From sequence record OR525703.1: a stretch of 44,710 bases of DNA. One strand, given 5' to 3'. Made by a program: the position numbers and the translations under genes. The notes under the pieces were generated by a model that had not been told where the DNA came from, did not search any database, and worked only from the letters and a program-made list of their open reading frames with translations. Shown piece by piece: positions 1 through 7,949 of this stretch (position 1 is its first letter; every line of letters begins with the position of its first letter). Origin of the DNA: Escherichia phage vB-Eco-KMB36.

Positions 1-2
1 GA

Positions 3-1253
3 ATGAGTATTCAGCTATCCGCGCCACAGGCGCTGTTCCTTAATTGCGATAACAAATACAAGGCCTACGTAGGCGGCTTCGGTAGTGGCAAGACGTTTGT
101 CGGCTGCCTTGACCTGCTTACGTTTATGCTCAAGCACCCCGGCACGCGCCTGGGCTACTTCGGCCCGACCTATCCCGCCATCCGTGACATCTTCTACCCA
201 ACATTCGAGGAAGCGGCTAACCTGCTCGGCCTTGATGTGCTGGTTAAATCCGGAGACAAAGAGGTTGTGGTTACTCGCGGTAAGACGGTGCTCGGAACGG
301 TTATCTGCCGCTCTATGGATAACCCCGGCTCGATTGTGGGTTTCAAAATCGCCGCAGCATGCGTGGATGAGCTCGATGTATTGAGCCGAGAAAAAGCTGA
401 ACTGGCATGGAACAAAATCGTCGCCCGTATGCGTCTGGTTATCCCTGGTGTAACCAACCACATCTCCGTCACCACGACGCCGGAAGGGTTCAAGTTCGTC
501 TACGCCAAGTTCAAAGAGAACCCGACACCGAGTTACTCAATGGTGCAGGCTTCCACCCACGAGAACGCGCGATTCCTGCCGCCTGACTACATTAGCTCGC
601 TGACCGAGACTTACCCAGCGCAACTGATTAACGCGTACCTGAATGGGGAGTTCGTTAACCTGACATCCGGCAGCGTGTATTACGCCTACGACCGACGTAA
701 GCATCGCAGCAAAGAGACAATCCAACCGGGCGACACGCTGTACATCGGGCAGGACTTCAACGTTACGAAGAACGCCAGCGCCGTGTATGTGCAACGTAAA
801 GACGGCTGGCACGCGGTAGCAGAACTGAAGGGCCTGTTCGATACGCCAGATACCGTGCGTGTGATTACCGAGAAGTGGAAGTCGCAAGGCCACCGCATCG
901 TCGTTTACCCGGACGCCAGCGGCAAGAACCGCAAAACCAACTCGGCGTCAATCTCCGATATCGCCTTACTACAGCAGGCCGGTTTTGATGTTCGCGCTAA
1001 ATCCGCCAACCCACCGGTTAAAGACCGTGTTTTAGCCGTGAATACCGCGCTGGAAAAAGGTAAGCTGTGGGTTAACGACCACTTATGCCCTGAGATAGCG
1101 AAGACGCTGGAGCAGCAGGCATATGATGATAACGGAGAGCCTGCTAAAGACGGCGTCATTGACCATATGGCGGATGCTCTCGGCTATCCTGTAGTTTATG
1201 AGATGCCGGTGGTTAAACCAGTAATCAACATCCCGGTGACTTTCGCACTTTAA
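3..1253 (+). CDS. terminase large subunit
   Basis: 416-aa ORF with N-terminal P-loop GGFGSGKT; lies directly upstream of the portal gene; begins at window edge so true start uncertain. Confidence 0.75.
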   Translation: MSIQLSAPQALFLNCDNKYKAYVGGFGSGKTFVGCLDLLTFMLKHPGTRLGYFGPTYPAIRDIFYPTFEEAANLLGLDVLVKSGDKEVVVTRGKTVLGTVICRSMDNPGSIVGFKIAAACVDELDVLSREKAELAWNKIVARMRLVIPGVTNHISVTTTPEGFKFVYAKFKENPTPSYSMVQASTHENARFLPPDYISSLTETYPAQLINAYLNGEFVNLTSGSVYYAYDRRKHRSKETIQPGDTLYIGQDFNVTKNASAVYVQRKDGWHAVAELKGLFDTPDTVRVITEKWKSQGHRIVVYPDASGKNRKTNSASISDIALLQQAGFDVRAKSANPPVKDRVLAVNTALEKGKLWVNDHLCPEIAKTLEQQAYDDNGEPAKDGVIDHMADALGYPVVYEMPVVKPVINIPVTFAL

Positions 1254-1265
1254 GAGGATTATTCA

Positions 1266-2747
1266 ATGTTAACTATGAACGGTCAGAATCAGGGTGTTAA
1301 GACAAAACACCGGGAATGGCTGCATCACTTCAATAAATGGCAGAAGGTGCGCCACGCGCTGGAAGGCGACCTCATCCGTTACCTGCGCAATGTCGGGAAG
1401 AACGAGCCTGACCTGACCTATGCGGCACAGCGCCAGGAAGAATACGAGAACGGCGCTATCTGTTACAACTTCACTAAACGTACCCTGGCGGGGATGGTCG
1501 GCAGTGTCATGCGCAAAGACCCTGAACAGATTATCCCGCCTGAGCTTGAGTATCTGTTACGTAACGCCGACGGTTCCGGTGTCGGTCTGTGGCAGCACGC
1601 GCAGGATACGCTGATGGAGATTGACTCGGTGGGGCGTGGCGGGTTGCTGGTGGACGCCCCAGAGACAGCCGCGGCGACGGCAGCCGAACAGAACGCTGGA
1701 TTATTAAATCCGGTCATCGCATTCTATACCGCAGAGAACATCATCAACTGGCGACTGACTCGCGTCGGTTCAGTGAACCGCGTAACGATGGTCGTGCTGC
1801 GTGAGGTATGGGAATACTCTGAACCGGGAGCAGAGTTCGAAACAAAGTTCGGTGAGCAGTACCGTGTTCTCGATTTGATTGACGGGCGCTACCGCCAGCG
1901 CATTTACCGCTTCGATTCCGAAGGTGGCGCTCAGGGTGACGTAATCGAAATCTTCCCGGAACTCGGCGAACAGTTACGCGGCAAAATCCCGTTCACGTTC
2001 ATCGGGGCAAGCAACAACGACGCGACCATAGATGACGCGCCTTTGCTGCCGTTAGCCGAGCTTAATATCGGGCATTTCCGTAACAGCGCGGACAATGAGG
2101 AATCCAGCTTCGTTGTAGGGCAGCCTACTCTGTTCATTGCACCTGGTGAGAACATGAGCATGGAGCAGTGGAAGGAAGCCAACCCTCACGGCGTGCACAT
2201 GGGGTCACGTTCAGGTCATAACATTGGTTACGGTGGCAATGCATTTCTTGTTCAGGCAGGAGAGAACAACCTCGCCAAACAGAATATGCTGGATAAAGAG
2301 AATCAGGCCATTCAGATTGGCGCGCAGCTTATCACCCCGACGCAGCAAATCACCGCCGAATCCGCCCGCCTGCAACGTGGCGCGGATACGTCTGTTATGG
2401 CGACAATAGCACGTAACGTAAGTATGGCGTATACCGATGCATTGCGCTGGGTAGCCACGATGCTCGGGCTTAGTGACGGTACTGAGATTGAGTTCAAGTT
2501 GAATATGGAGTTCTTCCTGCAACCGATGACCGCTCAGGACCGCGCTCAGTGGATGGCGGACATTAACGCAGGCCTGTTACCGGCTACAGCTTACTACGCC
2601 GCGTTGCGTAAAGCAGGGGTGACTGACTGGACCGACGAGGATATTCAGAACGCTATTGAGGACGCACCTCTGCCGTTAGGTGCTGTTACTCAGGTGGCAG
2701 GAGAGATTCCGCAGTCGGCGCAGCAACAAGATGTCACTCAGCAGTAA
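1266..2747 (+). CDS. portal protein
   Basis: 493-aa ORF between terminase and head morphogenesis gene; size and position typical of portal. Confidence 0.65.
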   Translation: MLTMNGQNQGVKTKHREWLHHFNKWQKVRHALEGDLIRYLRNVGKNEPDLTYAAQRQEEYENGAICYNFTKRTLAGMVGSVMRKDPEQIIPPELEYLLRNADGSGVGLWQHAQDTLMEIDSVGRGGLLVDAPETAAATAAEQNAGLLNPVIAFYTAENIINWRLTRVGSVNRVTMVVLREVWEYSEPGAEFETKFGEQYRVLDLIDGRYRQRIYRFDSEGGAQGDVIEIFPELGEQLRGKIPFTFIGASNNDATIDDAPLLPLAELNIGHFRNSADNEESSFVVGQPTLFIAPGENMSMEQWKEANPHGVHMGSRSGHNIGYGGNAFLVQAGENNLAKQNMLDKENQAIQIGAQLITPTQQITAESARLQRGADTSVMATIARNVSMAYTDALRWVATMLGLSDGTEIEFKLNMEFFLQPMTAQDRAQWMADINAGLLPATAYYAALRKAGVTDWTDEDIQNAIEDAPLPLGAVTQVAGEIPQSAQQQDVTQQ

Positions 2748-2783
2748 GTTCACATATAGCCCCGAAAGGGGCTTTCTTATAGT

Positions 2784-4754
2784 ATGCTATTAACTTTAGC
2801 GCCACAGGGTTCATCTATGAGCTTACTTACATCTCTAATCAGCCACCAGATATGGCTGCAACGCACTGCATCCGGTGAGGTGAAAGACCTCGCGCCGTTC
2901 ATTAAGGAGATGCGGGACGAAATAAAACGGCAGGTGCTGTTATTCGGCGACGACGGGCGAAGCACCGCGCGACTGAATAAACTGTTACGCGACCTTGAAG
3001 AAGCACTTACCGCGCTTACCGGTGACTGGCGGACAAAGCTGACGGAAGACCTTAAGGAGCTTGCAGCGTATGAGGCTGAGTGGAATGTGAAGACACTCAC
3101 GGCTAACGTTAATGCGGAATTTGTTACCCCGACCGCTGAACAGGTGTGGTCCGCCGCCGAGTTTCAGCCATTATCATTAAGCGACAAGCCAGTTGACTTC
3201 ACTAAGCTGATGTCGGGCTGGGGGGAAACAGAAGTCGCGCGCCTTGTAACAGGCGTTAAGATGGGCTTTGTACAAGGCCAGACAACACGGCAGATTGTTA
3301 AGAATGTTGTTGGTGCTGGTGGTTTGGCGGACATTTCAGAACGTAACGCGGCTACTGTAATCCGCACCGCGCTGTCTCATGTATCCAACGAGGCCCGTAA
3401 CGAGACGTACCGCCAGAACGACGACATCATCGAGAAGTACGAGTGGGTGTCGACGCTGGACAGCCGTACCAGTACAACGTGTTTCACGGCTGAAACAGAA
3501 TTAGCGCCCATCGCGGGGATGGACGCGGTAATGCGCGGACTCTATTCAGGAAAAATCCTTACCATCGAACTTTCCAACGGCGAGAAGTTCAGTGGCACCC
3601 CGAAACACCCTGTACTCACGCAATACGGATGGACTCCGCTTGATGAACTCGACCCAACTAAGCATGTCTTGTATACCACTGTTGACAAAGTGACTGTGCT
3701 CGAAACAGTGAAGAACATAAACATGCCAGCCAGAGCGGATTATATTTTTAATACGCTCGCTGATTTCCCCATCAGGAAAATGGTAAGCACGAGTCCCGCG
3801 GCAACAGATTTCTATGGCGATGGAGTGGGACTCAATGGCAAAATCGACATTGTACGGGCCGATTGCAAACTGCGGAACTACGTCCACGCCAGCGGAATTA
3901 AACAATTCAAAAGCGAGGGTTTCAGTCTTATTCATAGCGCCGCTTTGCTGTCGGACGATAGCTCTGGCGATTTTCTCCTCCGGGGTGAATGTCCTGTGAG
4001 TGTGCCCGCGCTTAGCGAGGCCAAGTGTTTTGACCATAGAATAGAAAACTGTTTTGCTTACTTGGGTCCTTCTTATGCACTCAATAGGCGGGACGCCGGA
4101 CTCGAACAATTCTATAGCCCTTTTTTGATTCAAAATGGTGTCGTTAGAAACCCAACCACGGGGTCGATCATGCATGAGTCCGAGCTTCTTGAGAAATGTT
4201 GTTACCGTGGTGGTAGTGACGCCGTAATTCTTGGCTATGATGCTGGCGGGAGTGCCATCTCGGTACAAAGAACAAATATCATCCGCATAAGCGTCGAGTT
4301 TAGAACGTGCCATGTTTATACCCTCTCTAGTAGTCAAGGATATTATACAGCAGGTAGTGCGATAGTCAAGAATTGCAGGGCCAGAGACGGAATGACGTGG
4401 GAAATCGGTAAAGGACCGATGCCCCCGGCCCATTTTGGGTGCAGAAGTACTACCGCACCAGTAATCAGTTCCGAGTTCGACTTCCTCGATAAAGGCGCGA
4501 AACGCGCAGCTAAGGGCGCAGAAGGTGGTACCCAGGTAAGCGCAGACACCACCTATTACGAGTTCCTTAAACAACAACCGGCATGGTTTCAGGATGAAGC
4601 ATTAGGGCCGGTTCGCGGTAAGATTTTCCGTAACAGCGGTATATCGCCGGAAGAGTTTCGCGTAATATCTGTAGATGGTTTCGGGAATCCGCTGACGCTT
4701 AAGCAGATGGCGGAACTCGATAAACGTGTTGCTGATTATCTGAAAGAGGATTAA
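2784..4754 (+). CDS. head morphogenesis protein (SPP1 gp7 / Mu F-like) containing an in-frame intein
   Basis: Extein motifs DSRTSTT...CRARDGMTWEIGKGPMPPAHFGCRS match the Mu F/gp7 signature once residues 233-530 are removed; alternative start ATG 2817. Confidence 0.7.
   Translation: MLLTLAPQGSSMSLLTSLISHQIWLQRTASGEVKDLAPFIKEMRDEIKRQVLLFGDDGRSTARLNKLLRDLEEALTALTGDWRTKLTEDLKELAAYEAEWNVKTLTANVNAEFVTPTAEQVWSAAEFQPLSLSDKPVDFTKLMSGWGETEVARLVTGVKMGFVQGQTTRQIVKNVVGAGGLADISERNAATVIRTALSHVSNEARNETYRQNDDIIEKYEWVSTLDSRTSTTCFTAETELAPIAGMDAVMRGLYSGKILTIELSNGEKFSGTPKHPVLTQYGWTPLDELDPTKHVLYTTVDKVTVLETVKNINMPARADYIFNTLADFPIRKMVSTSPAATDFYGDGVGLNGKIDIVRADCKLRNYVHASGIKQFKSEGFSLIHSAALLSDDSSGDFLLRGECPVSVPALSEAKCFDHRIENCFAYLGPSYALNRRDAGLEQFYSPFLIQNGVVRNPTTGSIMHESELLEKCCYRGGSDAVILGYDAGGSAISVQRTNIIRISVEFRTCHVYTLSSSQGYYTAGSAIVKNCRARDGMTWEIGKGPMPPAHFGCRSTTAPVISSEFDFLDKGAKRAAKGAEGGTQVSADTTYYEFLKQQPAWFQDEALGPVRGKIFRNSGISPEEFRVISVDGFGNPLTLKQMAELDKRVADYLKED
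3480..4373 (+). mobile_element. intein (Hint domain, about 298 aa) in head morphogenesis protein
   Basis: Starts CFTAETEL, block B GTPKHPVLTQYGW, C-terminal VYTLSSSQGYYTAGSAIVKN followed by Cys+1; penultimate Lys instead of His. Confidence 0.6.
3546..4313 (-). CDS. putative homing endonuclease (tandem HTH + Vsr/DUF559-like nuclease) encoded antisense inside the intein
   Basis: 256-aa ORF from ATG at 4313 with upstream GAGAGGG; HTH-like TPASIIAKNYGVTTTTVTTFLKK and VSKTVFYSMVKTLGL; nuclease-like PYNVDFAIESHSIAIEI and ERIKNIIRSGWHVYVL; lies entirely within intein 3480..4373. Confidence 0.45.
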   Translation of the reverse strand: MARSKLDAYADDICSLYRDGTPASIIAKNYGVTTTTVTTFLKKLGLMHDRPRGWVSNDTILNQKRAIELFESGVPPIECIRRTQVSKTVFYSMVKTLGLAKRGHTHRTFTPEEKIARAIVRQQSGAMNKTETLAFELFNSAGVDVVPQFAIGPYNVDFAIESHSIAIEICCRGTRAYHFPDGEISERIKNIIRSGWHVYVLHCFEHSHFVNSGIQDMLSWVEFIKRSPSVLREYRVFRGATELLAVGKFDGKDFS

Positions 4755-4756
4755 CG

Positions 4757-5215
4757 ATGGGCTTTTTCAAAGTAACTGATGTTCCGTCACGTCGCGTTGT
4801 CCAGTTTGCTCGCGTGTCTGGCTCCGGCGAGAACGTGGTGTCTATTGGGGACGAAAGTGTACTAGGTACACCGGTAGACGACATGCCGTTTGCTGACAAG
4901 ACTGGTATTGCGCAGCCCGCGGCGGGTATGCTTTATGTGATTCCGTATCTGGCTGACGCAGGCGACGTGTACTTCTCGGCGCAACCGCAGGACGCTGAAC
5001 TGGCAGACGGCAGTGCAACTATCACTGTCGAAGTTAAGGCGGGCAAAGCGCCGTATACGCTTACCTGGTACAAAGACGGAAAGGAAGTGGTAAACGCCCC
5101 TGAAGAGGCTTTGTCTCTGACGGTTAACGCGGTCGGTGAATACTTCGTTAAAGTCACCGATGCCGGTGGAGTGGAGGCTGTGAGTAAAGCGGCGAAGGTC
5201 ACTAAGCCAGAATGA
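4757..5215 (+). CDS. Ig-like domain protein (possible capsid decoration)
   Basis: 152-aa ORF; C-terminal Ig-like strand pattern TLTWYKDGKEV...YFVKVTD. Confidence 0.5.
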   Translation: MGFFKVTDVPSRRVVQFARVSGSGENVVSIGDESVLGTPVDDMPFADKTGIAQPAAGMLYVIPYLADAGDVYFSAQPQDAELADGSATITVEVKAGKAPYTLTWYKDGKEVVNAPEEALSLTVNAVGEYFVKVTDAGGVEAVSKAAKVTKPE

Positions 5216-5218
5216 TAA

Positions 5219-5241
5219 GAGGCCCCGAAAGGGGCTTTTTT
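5219..5241 (+). terminator. rho-independent terminator
   Basis: GGCCCCGAAAGGGGC hairpin followed by TTTTTT. Confidence 0.7.
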
Positions 5242-5305
5242 AATGTCTGTGATTATTCCAGTTATTCCGCTCAATTGTAAATGTTGGAATAAACTATTCG
5301 AATAG

Positions 5306-5334
5306 TTGACTTTTCACTAAAAATGTGCTAAGCT
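5306..5334 (+). promoter_or_regulatory. sigma70-like promoter (copy 1 of repeated element)
   Basis: TTGACT, 17-nt spacer, TGcTAAGCT extended -10; CTATTCGAATAG palindrome abuts the -35. Confidence 0.5.
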
Positions 5335-5340
5335 CCACCT

Positions 5341-5541
5341 GAGCTTGTGAAGTATGAACAAGCGACCGCGGCGCGGGCAGGTAACGGAGCGGGACGTAAG
5401 TCCTGAGTGTAGTTACGCTGACGCGTTCGGAAGGGCCATACTCTATTGCTTGTGTAAAAAGTAACTGGTTTACTGAGATTACGCCGTTTCTATGTTTAAA
5501 TGATAAGGACTAGCGCCCCGCTTTATGGCGGGGCTTTACTT
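5341..5541 (+). ncRNA. candidate small RNA of about 200 nt, paralog A
   Basis: No ORF; bounded by the promoter and a GCCCCG/CGGGGC hairpin plus U-tract at 5513..5541; conserved 5-prime hairpin GCTTGT..ACAAGC and box TTCGGAAGGGCCATA shared with the copy at 36997..37210. Confidence 0.35.
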
Positions 5542-5558
5542 ATCGAGAAAGGAGAAAC

Positions 5559-5945
5559 ATGAATCTTAAAGCAACTGTCGTAGCGGGCGCATGTTTCATA
5601 ATCCTGGCTTACGCACACGGCATCTACCAGTATCGCATCGGCTGGAACGAAGGCCGGGCGAATCTCGTTTCGCAGCAACAGCAGAAAGCACAGGCTGAGT
5701 TAGCGAAGAAAACACAACGGCAGCAGCAGGATGAATCAAAGGCCGCGGCAGCTGACAACGAAGGCAAGACGAAATCAGAGGTGATTACCCGTGAAGTCGT
5801 TAAGTACATTAAAACGCCTGGTCGCAGCGTGTGCACTTTCGACGATGCTCGCGTCCTGCTCAAGTCCCGCGCCGTCGCAAACGCCAATTCCATCCCCGGA
5901 TACGACGATGATGCAGCCTCCGTGCAAACTGGCGCCGCCAAGTAG
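5559..5945 (+). CDS. Rz-like i-spanin
   Basis: N-terminal transmembrane segment VVAGACFIILAYA then Q/A/K-rich coiled-coil region; Rz1-like ORF embedded in +1 frame. Confidence 0.55.
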   Translation: MNLKATVVAGACFIILAYAHGIYQYRIGWNEGRANLVSQQQQKAQAELAKKTQRQQQDESKAAAADNEGKTKSEVITREVVKYIKTPGRSVCTFDDARVLLKSRAVANANSIPGYDDDAASVQTGAAK

Positions 5946-6054
5946 CGACGCGGACGAGGATTTAGCTATCGACGTCCAGAACGCCGAATGTGTGCGGCAA
6001 CTGAGACTGAAAGTGTTCATGTTGCAGGATTACGTGAGGAATATTCTGGAATAG
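5791..6054 (+). CDS. Rz1-like o-spanin lipoprotein
   Basis: Signal peptide with lipobox LASC, then proline-rich mature region; +1 frame relative to the Rz-like gene and extending past its stop. Confidence 0.6.
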   Translation: MKSLSTLKRLVAACALSTMLASCSSPAPSQTPIPSPDTTMMQPPCKLAPPSSDADEDLAIDVQNAECVRQLRLKVFMLQDYVRNILE

Positions 6055-6136
6055 TTGCCTTGTATGTTGGAATAATTTATTCTTGACATGTAAATCCGGG
6101 AGGCCCGGATTCCAACGTCCAGGGGACATACTGACT

Positions 6137-6838
6137 ATGAATCGTTTTTTACGCTATCCGTTCCAGGAAGAAGCTGGGGCTGAAGATAAATCTGGTGGCG
6201 GTGACGCGCCGAAAATGTTCACAGCCGAAGAAGTTCAGGCGCTGATTGAGAAAGAAGTTGCCGGACTTAAGGCTAACCAGGAAGCATTGCTGGCAGAGAA
6301 GAAAGAAGCCGCTCGCAAAGCAAAAGAGGCTGAAGAAGAACGGCAGCGCGCACACCAGGAGGCGTTAAAAGCCGCCGGTAAGATGGACGAGTTCGAAAAG
6401 ACTATTCGTAGCCAGTATGACCCGGTGTTAGCCGAGAAAGATGGTCGCATCTCCAAAATGGCGGAGCGCATCCTCGGCAGCGAACGTAAGGCAGTGTTAG
6501 GCTCTTTCGCGGGTGACTTTATTACCCCGGAAGCAGTAGACATTCTTGCACCGTTCGTTAAGACTGAGTTCGAAGGCGATGACGTGGTTACTAAGTTTGT
6601 CGGTGCAGATGGCAACGTAATCACGACTGACCCGGAACAGTTCCGCAAATACCTGCGCGAACACAAAGCGTTTTCGCATTTGATTAAAGCAAATGCAGCT
6701 TCCGGCGGCGGGGCTTCCGGTGGCAAAGGCGGCGGGGCCGCACCAGCGTTTAAAGACATGAGTGAAGCGGAGCGTTTAGCTCTGTATAAATCGAACCCTG
6801 CCGAATTTGAACGGCAACTTAAAGCCCTGAGGAAATAA
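6137..6838 (+). CDS. scaffolding protein
   Basis: Charged coiled-coil-rich ORF immediately upstream of major capsid gene; ATG 6137 preferred over TTG 6083. Confidence 0.55.
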   Translation: MNRFLRYPFQEEAGAEDKSGGGDAPKMFTAEEVQALIEKEVAGLKANQEALLAEKKEAARKAKEAEEERQRAHQEALKAAGKMDEFEKTIRSQYDPVLAEKDGRISKMAERILGSERKAVLGSFAGDFITPEAVDILAPFVKTEFEGDDVVTKFVGADGNVITTDPEQFRKYLREHKAFSHLIKANAASGGGASGGKGGGAAPAFKDMSEAERLALYKSNPAEFERQLKALRK

Positions 6839-6840
6839 TA

Positions 6841-7890
6841 ATGGCAATTACCACTATCGGCGATATCGTAACTGGCAACATCCCGGTCCTGGCGTCTTAT
6901 ATGACAGAGGACCCGGTAGAAAAAACCGCGTTCTTCCAGTCCGGTATTCTGACCCCGACTCCGTACGCCGCAGAGATTGCTCGCGGTTCGTCCAACGTCG
7001 CCAACATTCCTTTCTGGAAAGCGATCGATACCTCTATCGAGCCGAACTACTCGAACGATGTGTATCAGGACATCGCTACCCCGCGTAATGTGCAGACTGG
7101 TGAGATGATGGCGCGCGTTGCGTACCTGAACGAAGGTTTCGGTCAGGCGGACCTGACCGTTGAACTCACCAGCCAGAATCCGCTGCAATCCGTAGCATCC
7201 CGTCTTGATAACTTCTGGCAGCGCCAGGCGCAACGCCGTCTGATCGCCACCGCGCTCGGCCTGTACAACGACAACGTAGCCGCTACCGATGCTTACCACG
7301 AGCGGAATGACATGGTAATCGACGTGTCCGCTACTCTGGGCTTCGACGCAGGTGCGTTCATCGACGCTACCCAGACTATGGGCGATGCTCTGATGGGCAA
7401 CGGTGGCGAGGTGCTGGGTGCTATCGCGATGCACAGCTTCGTTTATGCGCAGGCACGTAAGCAGCAGCTTATTGACCTCATCAAAGATGCTGACAACGAC
7501 ACCCTGTTCGCCACCTACCAGGGTTACCGCGTGATTGTTGACGACAGCATGACTGTAGTCGGTACCGGCACGAGCCGTAAGTTCATCTCCATCATCTTCG
7601 GCAACGGCGCTATCGGTTACGGAGAAGGTAACCCGACCAATCCGCTGGCATATGAGCGCGAAGAGTCTCGCGGTAACGGTGGCGGTGTAGAAACCCTGTG
7701 GACCCGTAAGACCTGGTTGCTGCACCCGCTGGGCTACAGCTTCACCAGCGCGGTAATCACTGGCAACGGTACCGAGACGGTCGCACGCTCCGCTTCCTGG
7801 CAGGACCTGGCGAACGCTTCCAACTGGAACCGTGTGGTTGACCGTAAGCATGTACCGATTGCCTTCCTGGTAACTGGTGTCGGTGCTTAA
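6841..7890 (+). CDS. major capsid protein
   Basis: 349-aa ORF downstream of scaffold and followed by strong terminator; size and position typical. Confidence 0.75.
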   Translation: MAITTIGDIVTGNIPVLASYMTEDPVEKTAFFQSGILTPTPYAAEIARGSSNVANIPFWKAIDTSIEPNYSNDVYQDIATPRNVQTGEMMARVAYLNEGFGQADLTVELTSQNPLQSVASRLDNFWQRQAQRRLIATALGLYNDNVAATDAYHERNDMVIDVSATLGFDAGAFIDATQTMGDALMGNGGEVLGAIAMHSFVYAQARKQQLIDLIKDADNDTLFATYQGYRVIVDDSMTVVGTGTSRKFISIIFGNGAIGYGEGNPTNPLAYEREESRGNGGGVETLWTRKTWLLHPLGYSFTSAVITGNGTETVARSASWQDLANASNWNRVVDRKHVPIAFLVTGVGA

Positions 7891-7905
7891 GGTTAAGATA
7901 TAATC

Positions 7906-7930
7906 GAGAGGGACTTCGGTCCCTCTTTTC
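7906..7930 (+). terminator. rho-independent terminator
   Basis: GAGAGGGAC-TTCG-GTCCCTCT hairpin followed by TTTC. Confidence 0.65.
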
Positions 7931-7949
7931 ATTTACTAAGAGGTAAATT

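Noticed and set aside
3480-4373. In-frame LAGLIDADG endonuclease domain in the head-protein intein
   Set aside because: Only weak LAGLIDADG-like strings (DFYGDGVGL, ILGYDAGGS) with the second catalytic Asp replaced; the antisense ORF has clearer domain signatures. Kept as an alternative, not as a call.
4314-4577. N-terminal 88 codons of track ORF 3546..4577 (minus)
   Set aside because: This part is antisense to the C-terminal extein of the head morphogenesis gene and looks like noise; the plausible gene starts at the ATG at 4313 inside the intein.
6235-7932. 565-aa minus-strand ORF
   Set aside because: Antisense to the scaffold and major capsid genes; Ala/Arg/Ser/Gly-rich low-complexity translation typical of a GC-rich antisense frame; no RBS or recognisable motif.
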